Shown here one piece after another: positions 45,057 to 55,908 of a stretch of DNA of 64,000 bases. A program made the translations under genes and the position numbers. A model generated the notes under the pieces. That model worked only from the letters and a program-made list of their open reading frames with translations, made no database searches and was not told where the DNA came from. How positions within the stretch are numbered: the first letter of the stretch is position 1; each line of letters starts with the position of its first letter. Source of the DNA: a virus; IMG/VR virus record IMGVR_UViG_3300033181_000085, positions 9,669-73,668 of that record; one strand, given 5' to 3'.

Positions 45057-45632
45057 TTATTGTATCTGGAGGTTTGGGTCTGCTGGCGTGGCTTGTGGCT
45101 GTGCTGGTGCTGCATTCGGATCAGCGGCTGGAGCTGCGGGTTGTTCTGCCGGAGGATTTACTACGGGCGCAGGTACTTCTGGATTCGCGGCAGGCGTTGC
45201 TTGGCCTTGGTCAGTTGGTTGCGTCGTATCAGCAGCAGGGGTTATCTGTATTTGGTCGGCAGCTACCGTCATTTGTTCGGATTGGCTAGGGGCTGCGGGT
45301 GGGTTCTGACCGCTTAACTTGGCGACTTCCTCCTGCAAGAACTTCTCAGCCATCTGTAGATCGTGCTGGACATTCTCGGCGACAACCTTTCCTTCCGCGA
45401 TAATCTTCTCGGCTATCTCTTTAGTCAGTGGCTCGTACTCCTTGACTAGAGCGTAAGCGCCTTTGAGGTCTTGCATGATCTTATTCATAACTGGTCCTTG
45501 TTTAATTGACTGATGTAATTTTAGCATATCCCGCTTTTCTTCCAACTCACGCCACAGTATCCGGGTAGTCTTGATTAACGACTCTATAATCTCCCGGTCT
45601 GCTTCTTGCTGGTCAAAGAGCGGCGAATCCAT
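45057..45632 (-). CDS. Coiled-coil protein with Pro/Ala/Gln-rich low-complexity C-terminus
   Basis: ORF; PAEQPAAPAADPNAAPAQP tail. Confidence 0.6.
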   Translation of the reverse strand: MDSPLFDQQEADREIIESLIKTTRILWRELEEKRDMLKLHQSIKQGPVMNKIMQDLKGAYALVKEYEPLTKEIAEKIIAEGKVVAENVQHDLQMAEKFLQEEVAKLSGQNPPAAPSQSEQMTVAADQIQITPAADTTQPTDQGQATPAANPEVPAPVVNPPAEQPAAPAADPNAAPAQPQATPADPNLQIQ

Positions 45633-45639
45633 GCCCTGC

Positions 45640-45933
45640 CTATAAGCTACAATCCGGTTTAGCCGTATGCGCTTTAGCAAAGGCTGTCAGGTTATTGTAG
45701 GCTGCGAGCCCTTGCTTACAGGAAGCCTCAAGCTTATTTATTGTCGCCTGGGTCTGCTCTTGCTGCTTAGTAGCTGATAGCTGTGCGGCATGGGCTTGTT
45801 TAGCTTGCAACGAAGCGATCTGGGCATTCTGCAGCCGTTGCTGCCTTACCGCATCATGGTGACCCACATACGCGCCGGAGACTAGGCCGCCGACTGCGAC
45901 CGTACAGATAGCGAGGGGGATTAGATGTCTCAT
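45640..45933 (-). CDS. Membrane-anchored coiled-coil lysis accessory protein (spanin-like architecture)
   Basis: N-terminal TM, coiled coil, two Cys. Confidence 0.45.
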   Translation of the reverse strand: MRHLIPLAICTVAVGGLVSGAYVGHHDAVRQQRLQNAQIASLQAKQAHAAQLSATKQQEQTQATINKLEASCKQGLAAYNNLTAFAKAHTAKPDCSL

Positions 45934-46382
45934 AGTGAGAACTCCGAAGGTGTTGCTACTACTGGTGTTCCAGCGGCTTCAGGTACAGTGACAGCGGCAA
46001 CGGCCGCATCAGCTGCAGGCGTGCTGGCTGGCTTCTTGTGGAGCAAGCTGGAGATTTTATACAGAAGATTGGAGAGCTTTGACAGGTAACCATGGTCACT
46101 GATGTATACAGCTGCCTTGTAAATAGCCTGTGAGAAACCGTAGGCCGCTGGACTGGTGATACCAAGCAGTTCAATCGGTAGCCCTTTGAACTTTAAGACG
46201 TAGGGTATGACCGCACCGGCAAATGACAGCAACACGACCATCGTGTGTATCGCCTTGCCACTGTTCATGCCAAAGGCCCGTTTAAATATTTCTGCTACTA
46301 CGTACACTCCAGCACCGGCGGCTGGCAATGATAGTAGTAACGGTACGATTAGCGAACTCGTAATATCTATTGACGAGTGCAT
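45930..46382 (-). CDS. Holin-like protein
   Basis: Three hydrophobic segments directly after the endolysin. Confidence 0.65.
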   Translation of the reverse strand: MHSSIDITSSLIVPLLLSLPAAGAGVYVVAEIFKRAFGMNSGKAIHTMVVLLSFAGAVIPYVLKFKGLPIELLGITSPAAYGFSQAIYKAAVYISDHGYLSKLSNLLYKISSLLHKKPASTPAADAAVAAVTVPEAAGTPVVATPSEFSL

Positions 46383-46386
46383 CTTA

Positions 46387-48096
46387 TTATCCTCTCCTTA
46401 TGTTTAAGCGAGACATCCACCCGTGAGTAGTGCCTGCCGTCTTAATGATGGCCTGTTTTGATTTTGAAATCTCGTGCTCCGCCTCATAGCCAAGCTGGTC
46501 AATATCGTCGCCAGTATTAAATGGCGTATTAGTAGCATCCTGCTTAATGAGGGACGTGACGGGAAAGCCGTACCAAGTTTTCTTTTCAATGCTCTTTTGC
46601 GAGCGATAGAACTTTGAACCGCCGAATAGGAAGGTGCCACCGACAACGACTAGCGTGTTGGCTCTAACCTCCACTTTATTGCCAGTCTCAAAGTCAATCG
46701 CCTTCATGTCTTCTTTAACGAGATAGGTTTGAGGATTCATAAAGAACGTCATACGCTGCCAGGGTAGACCAGGCACGTCAGTCGGCGGTGCAGGGGGCAA
46801 CGTTGCCGTGGAAGCACCCATATCTGCTGCCGGACTGTTCATGCTGATGTTCTGCGTACCACTTGGCACTGCTAAGGGAGTGGTAATGCCTGATCCTGCC
46901 ATTGGTGCTGGGGTAATCTCAGGTGCCAGGCTTAAATCTACTGTTTTAATGCCTACTGTAATCGGCGTGTGCTGAGTTTGATCGGCAGTACCAAAGTTAT
47001 TATTATCCATGTAATAGGTGTCGTTATTAGCTAGTACTGCCTTACCAACCGCTTCAAAGTGAGTACCTGCTGTAAAGTTATCCACAACCGTACCGCTTTC
47101 AAAGTTCACAGATCGCGCACCGTCTTTGGTTACCAACTTAATGGGAGCATCAAAGCGGGTGTAGATAACCGCAGGGGGGGGTGCAGGAGGTTCGGCTATC
47201 GGTTCAGCAGTAGCTACCGAAGCTACGGTCGGAGCCGGTACCACTTCGCTGACTAGTACGCCGCTATCTTGCGGTGCAGGACTATCGGTACGCTCACCCT
47301 CGCCGTGTCCGATGCCGGGGAACTGAGCAACGGTATCGGGGCCAGCGTAGATCGCTACTTCGCCGAAATCTTGTGTCTTGATAAGGTAGACATTCGGTGC
47401 TGGACTGCCAAGTATCTGATACGTCAGGCCGCCGAACATTTTCGGGTCAAGAATGTGCGTAGCGTGAGGCAGCGTCCACGGACCGCTAGGATTATATACG
47501 TGCCAAACGCTGACCGAGGGAGGCAGAAACAAGACGTGTGCTGAACTTGGTGGCGGAGTGCCTATAGATGCGGTGTGAGCTGCCGGTGCTGACACTGGCG
47601 TATTTGGAATGGTATGTACCGGGATAGTTTCGACAGTATGGAATGTGAACGTCGCCCAAGCTATCGGCTGGCCGTAGACATGTTCATATTCAGCAGGGGT
47701 TTTTACTTTGCCGTCCCATGAGTCAATAATTGAATGGTCAGAAGCGCTATTAACGGCGCAGAAGTGATTGATTTCTTGACCGGCATGGTCACGATAGCGG
47801 AACTCGACTTGAGCTAAATCACTGTTCGGGAAGCCAGCACCGCCTATTTGATTTACGACTAATTGCGGACAATAATGCGTGACAGTTGACCAGGTGATGT
47901 CATCGTTGGCACGGTCGGTCAAGTCATACGTATATAAGTTGTGCGATTCGTAGAAGTTGTTTAGAGTAGGAGGATCAATGCCCTTGCCGACCTTCTCTAA
48001 AAGATTGCTATCAGCACTGACAAAACATCCAATTTCATTTAAGCCAAGGTGAGAGTTACCAACGAATTGTTTATAGTTTAGTTGTGCGTAAAACAT
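46387..48096 (-). CDS. Modular endolysin (C39-like Cys peptidase N-terminus plus cell-wall-binding modules)
   Basis: EIGCFVSA…NHF…IIDSWDG catalytic pattern; YQILG…NVYLIKTQDFGEVAIY binding module; Pro-rich linkers. Confidence 0.7.
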   Translation of the reverse strand: MFYAQLNYKQFVGNSHLGLNEIGCFVSADSNLLEKVGKGIDPPTLNNFYESHNLYTYDLTDRANDDITWSTVTHYCPQLVVNQIGGAGFPNSDLAQVEFRYRDHAGQEINHFCAVNSASDHSIIDSWDGKVKTPAEYEHVYGQPIAWATFTFHTVETIPVHTIPNTPVSAPAAHTASIGTPPPSSAHVLFLPPSVSVWHVYNPSGPWTLPHATHILDPKMFGGLTYQILGSPAPNVYLIKTQDFGEVAIYAGPDTVAQFPGIGHGEGERTDSPAPQDSGVLVSEVVPAPTVASVATAEPIAEPPAPPPAVIYTRFDAPIKLVTKDGARSVNFESGTVVDNFTAGTHFEAVGKAVLANNDTYYMDNNNFGTADQTQHTPITVGIKTVDLSLAPEITPAPMAGSGITTPLAVPSGTQNISMNSPAADMGASTATLPPAPPTDVPGLPWQRMTFFMNPQTYLVKEDMKAIDFETGNKVEVRANTLVVVGGTFLFGGSKFYRSQKSIEKKTWYGFPVTSLIKQDATNTPFNTGDDIDQLGYEAEHEISKSKQAIIKTAGTTHGWMSRLNIRRG

Positions 48097-48130
48097 GTGT
48101 TTTCCTTTTTTTAGTGTAACATAATCGTTA

Positions 48131-48706
48131 TTAAGTGGCGCTTACTAAATAACCGCTAAAATGGTTTAAAGCCGTCGGGGATGTAATCTCGTATGACAGC
48201 GCGGCGTCGGCGTAGACATAGGTCTCAATGTAATCCCCAGCCGACAACTGCAACAGATCACTAACTGTTGAACCGTTTTCGCCCGCCGATGACCAACCAT
48301 CGGTGCCTCTGGTGGCTTCCACGCCATTTTTATATAAAGCCGTGATCCAGCGATGCGTTCCCGATGATTGGGCTGTAGAGGTGCGGGCAGTCAACATGTA
48401 GAAACCGGCAATTGGTGCAGTAAACCGACCCTTATTGGTCACAACATCGACATTATTGCCGGTGTCAAAACCTTCCGGCCCAGTCTTCGTATCAAAAGGC
48501 ACCAGTCCAAAAGCTAAAGATGCTGATGTTGTTGCGGCCGACAAGTACACCCGGAATTTATACGGGTTGTAACTGTTAGCGGTGAGTTGGTTGATAAGAT
48601 TCTGAAGTGTAACGAGCACGTCGCCCGCTCCACCCGCTTTTACTTTCAATACGGAGTCAGCAAGTGCGAATGTTGTTTCTGAGGGAAGTGTGCTTAACTT
48701 TGCCAT
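48131..48706 (-). CDS. C1q-domain virion protein
   Basis: KFRVYLSA…VPFDTK…FDTGNN…GRFTAPIAGFY…LYKNG…FSGYLV. Confidence 0.8.
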   Translation of the reverse strand: MAKLSTLPSETTFALADSVLKVKAGGAGDVLVTLQNLINQLTANSYNPYKFRVYLSAATTSASLAFGLVPFDTKTGPEGFDTGNNVDVVTNKGRFTAPIAGFYMLTARTSTAQSSGTHRWITALYKNGVEATRGTDGWSSAGENGSTVSDLLQLSAGDYIETYVYADAALSYEITSPTALNHFSGYLVSAT

Positions 48707-48861
48707 TATTTCTGCTTGTTATAGTGTGAAAGAAGCATACTCAGATCATATATATCAATTTTACCATCGTGATTGAGGTCGCCATAGTTAGGTTCCAGGC
48801 TGGTAATCCAGAGCGAGATGTTCAAAGCTACAAGAACGAGGATTACTATATTTTTGACCAT
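48706..48861 (-). CDS. 51-aa signal/TM peptide with a dockerin/EF-hand-like motif (not in ORF track)
   Basis: MVKNIVILVLVALNISLWITSLEPNYGDLNHDGKIDIYDLSMLLSHYNKQK; TAATG overlap with C1q gene. Confidence 0.65.
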   Translation of the reverse strand: MVKNIVILVLVALNISLWITSLEPNYGDLNHDGKIDIYDLSMLLSHYNKQK

Positions 48862-48880
48862 GTCGTTATTGTATCACTCC

Positions 48881-51118
48881 TTATGACGGTGCCGGTGCAT
48901 TATTGACCGTACTGAGTGCTACCAAGCCTCTAACCACCCGCTCGACAGTGACACTGATACGCTTCGGCAATATGCCAAGTTGGAGAGTTACCGAGTCAGG
49001 GCTGTAGTCGCGGTGGACGATTTGTGCCAGCAATCCGTCAACATACGTTCCGAACCCGTTGAATCCGATAATCTTGCCGGGCACGAGCAAGGTGGTGTCC
49101 ATCGTCTTATCGAGTACGGTTACGGTCGTCTGGTACTGCTCGTACTTGTTGGCAGCGATAATATTCTGCCCGACAATATGCGCAGTCCCCGCATCGATGA
49201 TATGACTATCAGTATGAATCTGCGCTCTCTGGCCGTAGAGAGCGATGCTCGCCGCATCAGAATCGAAAGTATATATACTCAGTTTAGGGGTTGCGGGAGA
49301 ATTCGGATCAGGGCCGCCGATCATGTAAACGGCATTCGTGACGTACTCGATGGTACTAACTACCGTTAGCTTGTTGATATGTACGCCCTTCGTCAGCACA
49401 AAGTCGGCATTCGTATTTGCTCTCTGGAAGTACATTAGATTCTGCCCAAGATCAACGTAGTAATAGAAGCCGTTCGGTGCCAGAGTAAGGATATTCTGGA
49501 TGCCACTGTATACGGTACTGGTATTGAACTGGTACGATGGAATAGTCAGGCCGGTCGCCTGTACGGTTAGAGGGCTAGCCGTAATGCGGCCACCGTAGTT
49601 GCCGATGACACTGAGTAGCATATTTGAGGGGTCGATAGTGCTATAGAGTGGGTTCGTAGAAGCCGAATTATTATAAGTAATAAAATATAAATCACCCGTC
49701 GAAACGGTTGGCGAGATAATAGTGCCACCACCGTAAATAGCGGTGTTTTGGTAACTAACATTGACTCCTTGGATGTCGGTACAGCTAAGCATAATAGTGT
49801 AATAACCGGAAAAACCAGCAGGGAAGGTGTATTGAAAGATAAAGTCATAGGTCTGCGCTGTCGTAGACGATATGACCTGTAAAGCGGTCGCGTCAGGTGT
49901 CGCACTAGACAGGGAACGTGAAAGATTAGTTACCCCAGCCCTGCTGGCATAGAGGCTCATCGTGACGATAGGACTGTTATTCTTCACCGCTGCCATCTGC
50001 AACCGTATCCGGGCAACGCCAGTGACGCCCGTTCCCGGTGTGATTGACTGACCGAGGGCTGGAGAGTTAGAAGCGAAATTGAGCAGATAGGTACTGTTCA
50101 CGGTGGTCTGTGATTGATCGGCATTCGGCTGGCTCAAGATCATAAACTTATCCAAATCCTGGCCGTCACTATAGACTAGGATTCTTACGCTCTCATCACC
50201 GGTGTCGCCGCCGAAATTGTCCTCGTGGCGCTCGATGATACCACGGAACATACAGATACCGTTCGGATGGTAGTAGCCGTACTCCCATACTTGAATTCTG
50301 TTACCGTCGCGGATCAGTGCACCACTTGTGCCGATGCCGGTCGGTGGCTGTACCCCGTCATCAGTCAAGGTGTTGTTATTCTCGTCGGTCAGCGCATTGC
50401 CGTTATCATCGGTCAATATGGAGGTCGACTGAGCACTTGTATCGGCCGCCACGGGTACGATGACCGTAATCTGTGCCCCGGCGGTATTAATATCCTGAGT
50501 AATGATAAAGTCGCTGCTGGGCTTCGGAAGATTGCCCATATACGCACCGCTCTGGCTGTCAAAAACTTTATAGAGGTAGTACTTCTGCTGCGGAATGGCA
50601 ATTGGTGCCGTATGCCAGTAAACCGTGATTCGCACAGCATCGATGAAGGCAGTGCCGCCGCCATGGGTATTAAGAACCTGAATGGCGACGCCGAAGCTTG
50701 AATTATTGATCTGGGATGGCGTCCAAGCAGCACCCCATAGGTCGCTTGATCCGCCGTAGCCCACGAATGATTCTGAGGAGGGCGGCCAAACGTCAGCATA
50801 GCCACCGCTACCGTTCTGCGCACCGTGAATCGTACCAGCTCCGCTGCCCGCTGCTAGCAGCTGAATTGAGTTGGTCTCGGCGTTCACGCCGTATCGGTCA
50901 AACTCGACATAAATACCGTCAATTATGGCCGTCGAGGGGATATTGAAGCCGAAGTTGGTCAACTGAAGGGAGTTCGTTTGCGAACCAGCACCGGAGATAT
51001 TGCCGCTGGCATAGACCGCATCGGGCGCGCCTGTCGCATTGCTGGGATTAGTCCACGCTCCATTTGCACCGCTGGCGCTAACTGCTGATCCTGCATAGAA
51101 TGGGCCGGTAGGTGACAT
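48881..51118 (-). CDS. Tail hub / Tal-like minor tail protein
   Basis: After Dit; beta-rich; C-terminal …LLVPGKIIGF…DYSPDSVTLQLG. Confidence 0.7.
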   Translation of the reverse strand: MSPTGPFYAGSAVSASGANGAWTNPSNATGAPDAVYASGNISGAGSQTNSLQLTNFGFNIPSTAIIDGIYVEFDRYGVNAETNSIQLLAAGSGAGTIHGAQNGSGGYADVWPPSSESFVGYGGSSDLWGAAWTPSQINNSSFGVAIQVLNTHGGGTAFIDAVRITVYWHTAPIAIPQQKYYLYKVFDSQSGAYMGNLPKPSSDFIITQDINTAGAQITVIVPVAADTSAQSTSILTDDNGNALTDENNNTLTDDGVQPPTGIGTSGALIRDGNRIQVWEYGYYHPNGICMFRGIIERHEDNFGGDTGDESVRILVYSDGQDLDKFMILSQPNADQSQTTVNSTYLLNFASNSPALGQSITPGTGVTGVARIRLQMAAVKNNSPIVTMSLYASRAGVTNLSRSLSSATPDATALQVISSTTAQTYDFIFQYTFPAGFSGYYTIMLSCTDIQGVNVSYQNTAIYGGGTIISPTVSTGDLYFITYNNSASTNPLYSTIDPSNMLLSVIGNYGGRITASPLTVQATGLTIPSYQFNTSTVYSGIQNILTLAPNGFYYYVDLGQNLMYFQRANTNADFVLTKGVHINKLTVVSTIEYVTNAVYMIGGPDPNSPATPKLSIYTFDSDAASIALYGQRAQIHTDSHIIDAGTAHIVGQNIIAANKYEQYQTTVTVLDKTMDTTLLVPGKIIGFNGFGTYVDGLLAQIVHRDYSPDSVTLQLGILPKRISVTVERVVRGLVALSTVNNAPAPS

Positions 51119-51120
51119 AA

Positions 51121-53070
51121 TTATAGGTACTGCCGGTAACACACGGCGCTTATAGTGAAAGTGCGGCTGGCAAAGTTGTCAAGATAGTCCAGCGTACCGG
51201 AGCCGACAGAGAAAGCCGGAAATGCACCAGTGAAACTAGCTGCCACACCGTTTGCGGTCACGGTATTCTGCTTGCAGTCGACCACCAGCACATCAGTCGC
51301 CGACCAAGTGCGTAACACGTTGATTTGCTGGCCTGTGCTATCGTTACCAATACTGACCATGCCGAGTACTGGGGCACTGCCGATGGCACTGTAGGTGACG
51401 GTGATAATCGGCAGCTGGAATGGCGCTGTGCCACCGAAGGTGAAGTTATCCGTATAAGATGCTTTCTGACGATTTCCGGCGGCCGTTGAGGTGCTATCGT
51501 TAACCGTTCCGCTCCAAGTATAGGTGTACGTGTTGTTGGCAGGGAATGAACCGTCGAAGTAGCTTCCTACAGTAGTAGCTTGCTCGACCTGTACGGCATC
51601 AACTAAAAGAGTGTAGTTGGTGTCACTAGTTCGTATATACAATGTTCCGCTTGTCGCTGTCGCCGTAAATGTGACTGAAACACGCTGCCAAGATGTCGTA
51701 ACCGTGTATGCAACACTAGTATTGCCGCCATCGGTATAGTAGATATTACCAGCTTGAGAGCCACCTCCCGTTGCCCCTTTGATATATGCGCTGGCTGTAT
51801 AGGTACTTCCAGCCGTTAGGCCACTGACACTAATTGATGCTCCACCCGCAAAGCCGCCACCGCCGACTGTGCTCGAACTTAATACGCGCATAGATGCGAT
51901 TGCAGGGGTTATGCCGCTAGCCGTCCAGCCCACCGTACCGCTGATAGTGCCGTTACGGGCATTGCCAGAAAAGTCAGTTACTGTCGTACCACTGCCATCA
52001 GAACAATAGTATTGTATTTGCAACCCGACCGCTGAGGCCGCTTGCTTGTTATATAAGTTGCTGACTTCGGCGGCTGACAATACTCGGCTCCATAACTGGA
52101 TGTCATCCATCTTGCCGTTAAAGTTGTTGCTGGCCGCATAGGAGCCAATGGTCTGGTTATTTGAAGTAGTATTGACTGGGCCTAGTACTGTCTGGCTTCC
52201 TAGACTCGCACCGTTAATATAGGCCGTGGCCGTAGTACCTGTCTGTGTTATGACGATGTGGTACCAAGTATTTGCAGCCATGGTCGTACTAAAAGTAGTA
52301 GGCGATAGCGTAACATCAGGGAACCATGATATTCCAGTGCTGGAAATGCGGATCAAGCTGCTCATATAGGAAATGACATCTAAAGAGGTAGTAACCGCCG
52401 GATTGACCCACATAGCATAGGTAATTGATGTGCCCAGATTAATGTAGGGTACGCCGACATTTCCGGTCGCGGTAAAGTTCAGCCCACTTTCAACGGCGGT
52501 TACGTTAGTAGCGGCCACACCGTTGACAGCATAGGTTCCATCACCCAAGAAGCGGCTAATGATAGCTGATGAATATGTGCTCCATCCCGTTAAATCGGTT
52601 TCAAAGCTAGGATTAGCACAGAGGTTATGCCGTGTCGCAGCCGGACTTAGAAGCGTGGTCGCCGCGACATCCTGACCGAATGGCTGAGTACAGGTAAAAG
52701 TCACGCTAAAACTTGCCCACGCCAGACCGCCGGGACGGTTCACATCTATATTGGTAGCGGTAGCTATATAGCGGCGCGTACTGCCGTTATAGTCAATGTC
52801 AAGGTTGCCATTCTGTGCCAACAGATAGCTGTTGAATAAGTCAATTTGAGCGTCGCAGTCGGCAATCGTCGTACCGATAATCACGCCGTCCACCTGGATC
52901 GGTTTATTCGGATATTCCACGAAGGGTATGATGCTGGCGTTGGCATGGGCCAGGGCGTACATCTGGGCACGTTTAGCGCTCTTACCGGCGTGTTCGATGC
53001 TCTCGGTTATAATGCCGCGTGTACCGTCAAAGCTTTGTAAGCTGAAACTGGAAAAGGCAATATTCGTCAT
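51121..53070 (-). CDS. Distal tail (Dit-like) protein with inserted LamG and carbohydrate-binding modules
   Basis: Follows TMP; NLCANPSFETDLTGW, WYHIVITQTG…FNGKMDDIQLWSRVLS (LamG), VDAVQVEQ. Confidence 0.8.
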   Translation of the reverse strand: MTNIAFSSFSLQSFDGTRGIITESIEHAGKSAKRAQMYALAHANASIIPFVEYPNKPIQVDGVIIGTTIADCDAQIDLFNSYLLAQNGNLDIDYNGSTRRYIATATNIDVNRPGGLAWASFSVTFTCTQPFGQDVAATTLLSPAATRHNLCANPSFETDLTGWSTYSSAIISRFLGDGTYAVNGVAATNVTAVESGLNFTATGNVGVPYINLGTSITYAMWVNPAVTTSLDVISYMSSLIRISSTGISWFPDVTLSPTTFSTTMAANTWYHIVITQTGTTATAYINGASLGSQTVLGPVNTTSNNQTIGSYAASNNFNGKMDDIQLWSRVLSAAEVSNLYNKQAASAVGLQIQYYCSDGSGTTVTDFSGNARNGTISGTVGWTASGITPAIASMRVLSSSTVGGGGFAGGASISVSGLTAGSTYTASAYIKGATGGGSQAGNIYYTDGGNTSVAYTVTTSWQRVSVTFTATATSGTLYIRTSDTNYTLLVDAVQVEQATTVGSYFDGSFPANNTYTYTWSGTVNDSTSTAAGNRQKASYTDNFTFGGTAPFQLPIITVTYSAIGSAPVLGMVSIGNDSTGQQINVLRTWSATDVLVVDCKQNTVTANGVAASFTGAFPAFSVGSGTLDYLDNFASRTFTISAVCYRQYL

Positions 53071-55685
53071 CAGTATGCCCCCTGTACGGCGGTGAGCCCT
53101 TTACCGACGTTGAGGGTATCCTGGTTAACCGATTTGAAGAATTCTTGAACGGCTGCCGGAGATGAGAGGACGAGCTGCTGAATGGTCACGGTGCTGCGGT
53201 TGCCGCCATAGGAGTTATAGTTACTGGTTGAGTTGCTGGCTGGACTACTGGCACTACCGACCGCAGGCGAGCCGCTAACCAGCTGTGTCGTGGCGAGGTT
53301 CGCCTTCACCTGCATGCTTTGCATGCCATTAATGAGACCCTGTCCGATGCTCTGTCCAGCTTCGGTGAATAACAGTGACGGCGAGTGCCAACCGATAGCG
53401 TCTCGGAAGCCTTGCTCGATACCTTTACCTAAATCTTTAATTGCTCTTACAGCGTTTTTGATTGCACCTTTTACGCCATTCACAAGGCCATCCACGATAG
53501 CTTTTCCCGCGTCATACAGCCAATGTCCAGCGCCTTTGACAGCATCGAGTACACTGTCCTTGATACTCTTAAATATATTGCCCCAGTTGATCGCCTTAAA
53601 TGAATTCGCTGAGCCTGTCCATGCGCCAGTAAACTTGCTGACGATGTCTTTGCCGACATCCAAGACGGCGTTGCCGATCCCTTTGAATACATCACCCCAA
53701 TTAATGTGTATGATCCAGGTGAGTAACGCACCAAAAGCATCAATCGCTTTCCGACCCGCATTAAGAAATATTTCGGTGAGTTTTATCTCCAGAGTCACAA
53801 ATGCCTCAATGATCTTGATTGGCATGCCGATCATGAAGCCGATAGCGAAACCAATATCCTGCCAGAAGTGCGTCGTAAACTGGTGAAGTGCGTCGCCAAT
53901 ACCATCAAGAACCTTGCCGACGATGCCTTTCAGCGTATCGAACATAGACTTTATGGCGTTCCAGACATCTTCAAGCGCTGACTTAACTGTTTTCCAATGG
54001 TCAATGATCATCGTTACTGCTATACCGATGGGCCCGAAGAGTATGTCAACCAGAAGCTCCCAATGACCCTTCAACCAGGTTATGAAATCACCGAACCACT
54101 GCTTGACGAGGCTCCAATGGGTAATAATGAGCAGGGCCACAGCGATAATCGCCATTGCCGCTAGGATGATAGGGTTCATTGCCATAATAGCGTCAAGGGC
54201 TATTTGAGCTTTCTCAACCGCCTGCACTCCCATTTCCCAAGCTTTCATTGCTCCGACAACGAGCAGGATGCCGCCTGCGATTGGTGCGAGTATGCCCGCA
54301 ACCTGCATGATGCTTTTATAGTGGTCCATAAGCGAAGAGAGGATCGGTAGTAGTCTCTCGCCGAGACTCTCCAATACAACCTGCAGCCGCTCTTTCATTT
54401 CAGCAAGTTTCTGGTTAAAGGTTCCCTGGATAAGCGCCCAGTCGCCGATATTCTTTCCGGCTTCTTTACCAGCTGCAGCGATCTTCTGGACGTTTCCCTG
54501 GAAAGTGAGGAAGTTGCCCCCAGTGAGAAGCATGGCAGCATTGGCCGCGTTAGATTGGCCCGTAAGGGTCTTTAGGGCGTTGGCATAGGTCTGGGCCGCC
54601 GGTTGGCCGGAGGTGAGCAGTTTATTGAACGAATTTACCCCGTTGGCGGTGGTCGCGAACTGCTGCATCATGTGCTGCTGCAGCGGCGGGAGTGCCTGCA
54701 ACTCTTTACGCCATTCCTTAGCAGTCACATTACCATCTAAGAAGCCTTTCGCCATCGCCTGCAGACTCTTCGGCATGGCCTGTATTTCCTGGTTGGCATC
54801 GGCGGCGGCCACTTTCGCATTCTTGAGGGTACTCTGGATAACTAAGCCGTCCGGCCCCATATGATTGAGAATTGCGTCGCTGATCGTCAGTAACGTTCCC
54901 GTCAACCCTCTTTTTCCTAGGTATTCGGACAGATTCAGGGAACTTAAACCCATCGCTTGCATCATCTGAGTCTGCTGTAGGGTCGGTACTTGCAAGGTAC
55001 GAATAAGCGCGGCCAGGTCTTGCGTCGCTTGTGCCGCATCAACACCGCCAGCCGTAAGTGTGGCTTCTCCACCAGCGACTTCAGCGAACGAGAGTCCGAC
55101 CTGATGAGCCAGCGGCAGCACCGTGGATAGGCTGCTCGCGAAGTCCTGCATGTGCATTTTACCTTGTGCTACAGCTGCAACCATCTGGTTCGTCACCTGA
55201 GCTGCTTGGCTGGCCGGGATGTTGTAATCGTGTAGGACTGTCGTCAGGGCATTCGCGACAGTCTGCAGGTCTGCGCCATCAGCTTTAGCACCTTCAGCTG
55301 CGATTTTCAGGACGTTCAAGCCATCGGCACCGTGGAATCCTGCCGACTCTATCAAATACATTCCTTGCGTCAGTTGGTCGAGGGTCGAGCCGGTGTCAAC
55401 GGCAATCTGCTTAATGCCATCCCCAACTGTTTTGAGGTTTTTCTGGCTTTCGCCCGCACCGGTTACTAGCTGAGTTAGCTGGGCTTGGAAATTTCCGGCC
55501 GTCGTGATGGCATTACCGATACTGCCGACAATGATATCGAAACCCTTTTGCGCTAGACTAGCGGCAATCTGGCCGCTCGCTACCTGCTTCCAAAGATTAC
55601 TGAAGTTATCTGCCGCATTTTGAACGGTTTCCCGCGAGCTGTCGGTTGCACCAATGTTTACATTGACGGTGGTGTCGTTATTCAT
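53070..55685 (-). CDS. Tail tape measure protein
   Basis: TP901-type region (…GMYLIESAGF…A.LTTVLHDY…AVAQGKMHMQDFA), aromatic-periodic repeats. Confidence 0.93.
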   Translation of the reverse strand: MNNDTTVNVNIGATDSSRETVQNAADNFSNLWKQVASGQIAASLAQKGFDIIVGSIGNAITTAGNFQAQLTQLVTGAGESQKNLKTVGDGIKQIAVDTGSTLDQLTQGMYLIESAGFHGADGLNVLKIAAEGAKADGADLQTVANALTTVLHDYNIPASQAAQVTNQMVAAVAQGKMHMQDFASSLSTVLPLAHQVGLSFAEVAGGEATLTAGGVDAAQATQDLAALIRTLQVPTLQQTQMMQAMGLSSLNLSEYLGKRGLTGTLLTISDAILNHMGPDGLVIQSTLKNAKVAAADANQEIQAMPKSLQAMAKGFLDGNVTAKEWRKELQALPPLQQHMMQQFATTANGVNSFNKLLTSGQPAAQTYANALKTLTGQSNAANAAMLLTGGNFLTFQGNVQKIAAAGKEAGKNIGDWALIQGTFNQKLAEMKERLQVVLESLGERLLPILSSLMDHYKSIMQVAGILAPIAGGILLVVGAMKAWEMGVQAVEKAQIALDAIMAMNPIILAAMAIIAVALLIITHWSLVKQWFGDFITWLKGHWELLVDILFGPIGIAVTMIIDHWKTVKSALEDVWNAIKSMFDTLKGIVGKVLDGIGDALHQFTTHFWQDIGFAIGFMIGMPIKIIEAFVTLEIKLTEIFLNAGRKAIDAFGALLTWIIHINWGDVFKGIGNAVLDVGKDIVSKFTGAWTGSANSFKAINWGNIFKSIKDSVLDAVKGAGHWLYDAGKAIVDGLVNGVKGAIKNAVRAIKDLGKGIEQGFRDAIGWHSPSLLFTEAGQSIGQGLINGMQSMQVKANLATTQLVSGSPAVGSASSPASNSTSNYNSYGGNRSTVTIQQLVLSSPAAVQEFFKSVNQDTLNVGKGLTAVQGAY

Positions 55686-55908
55686 TGGCCTTATTCTTTT
55701 TCTTCTGCGCGGTGGCTTCAGCCTTAATCTTTATCTCGTAGATGGGGTCAAACCAGAGGGGACGGTTGAGGTATTGTTCGAATGTCCATTGGTATTTCTC
55801 CATGACATCGAGGATGTGAAACCGTTTGTCGAACCTGCCGCCATTGTTCATGAGGGCAAGGAAGTACTGTTTTTGTAGCTCTTCCCTTAGCTTACGGGTG
55901 CTTTTGGG
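55678..55908 (-). CDS. Tail assembly chaperone G-T extension via -1 frameshift
   Basis: C CCA AAA slippery heptamer (55902-55908); -1 frame open to the stop at 55678-55680. Confidence 0.8.
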   Translation of the reverse strand, partial: PKSTRKLREELQKQYFLALMNNGGRFDKRFHILDVMEKYQWTFEQYLNRPLWFDPIYEIKIKAEATAQKKKNKANE

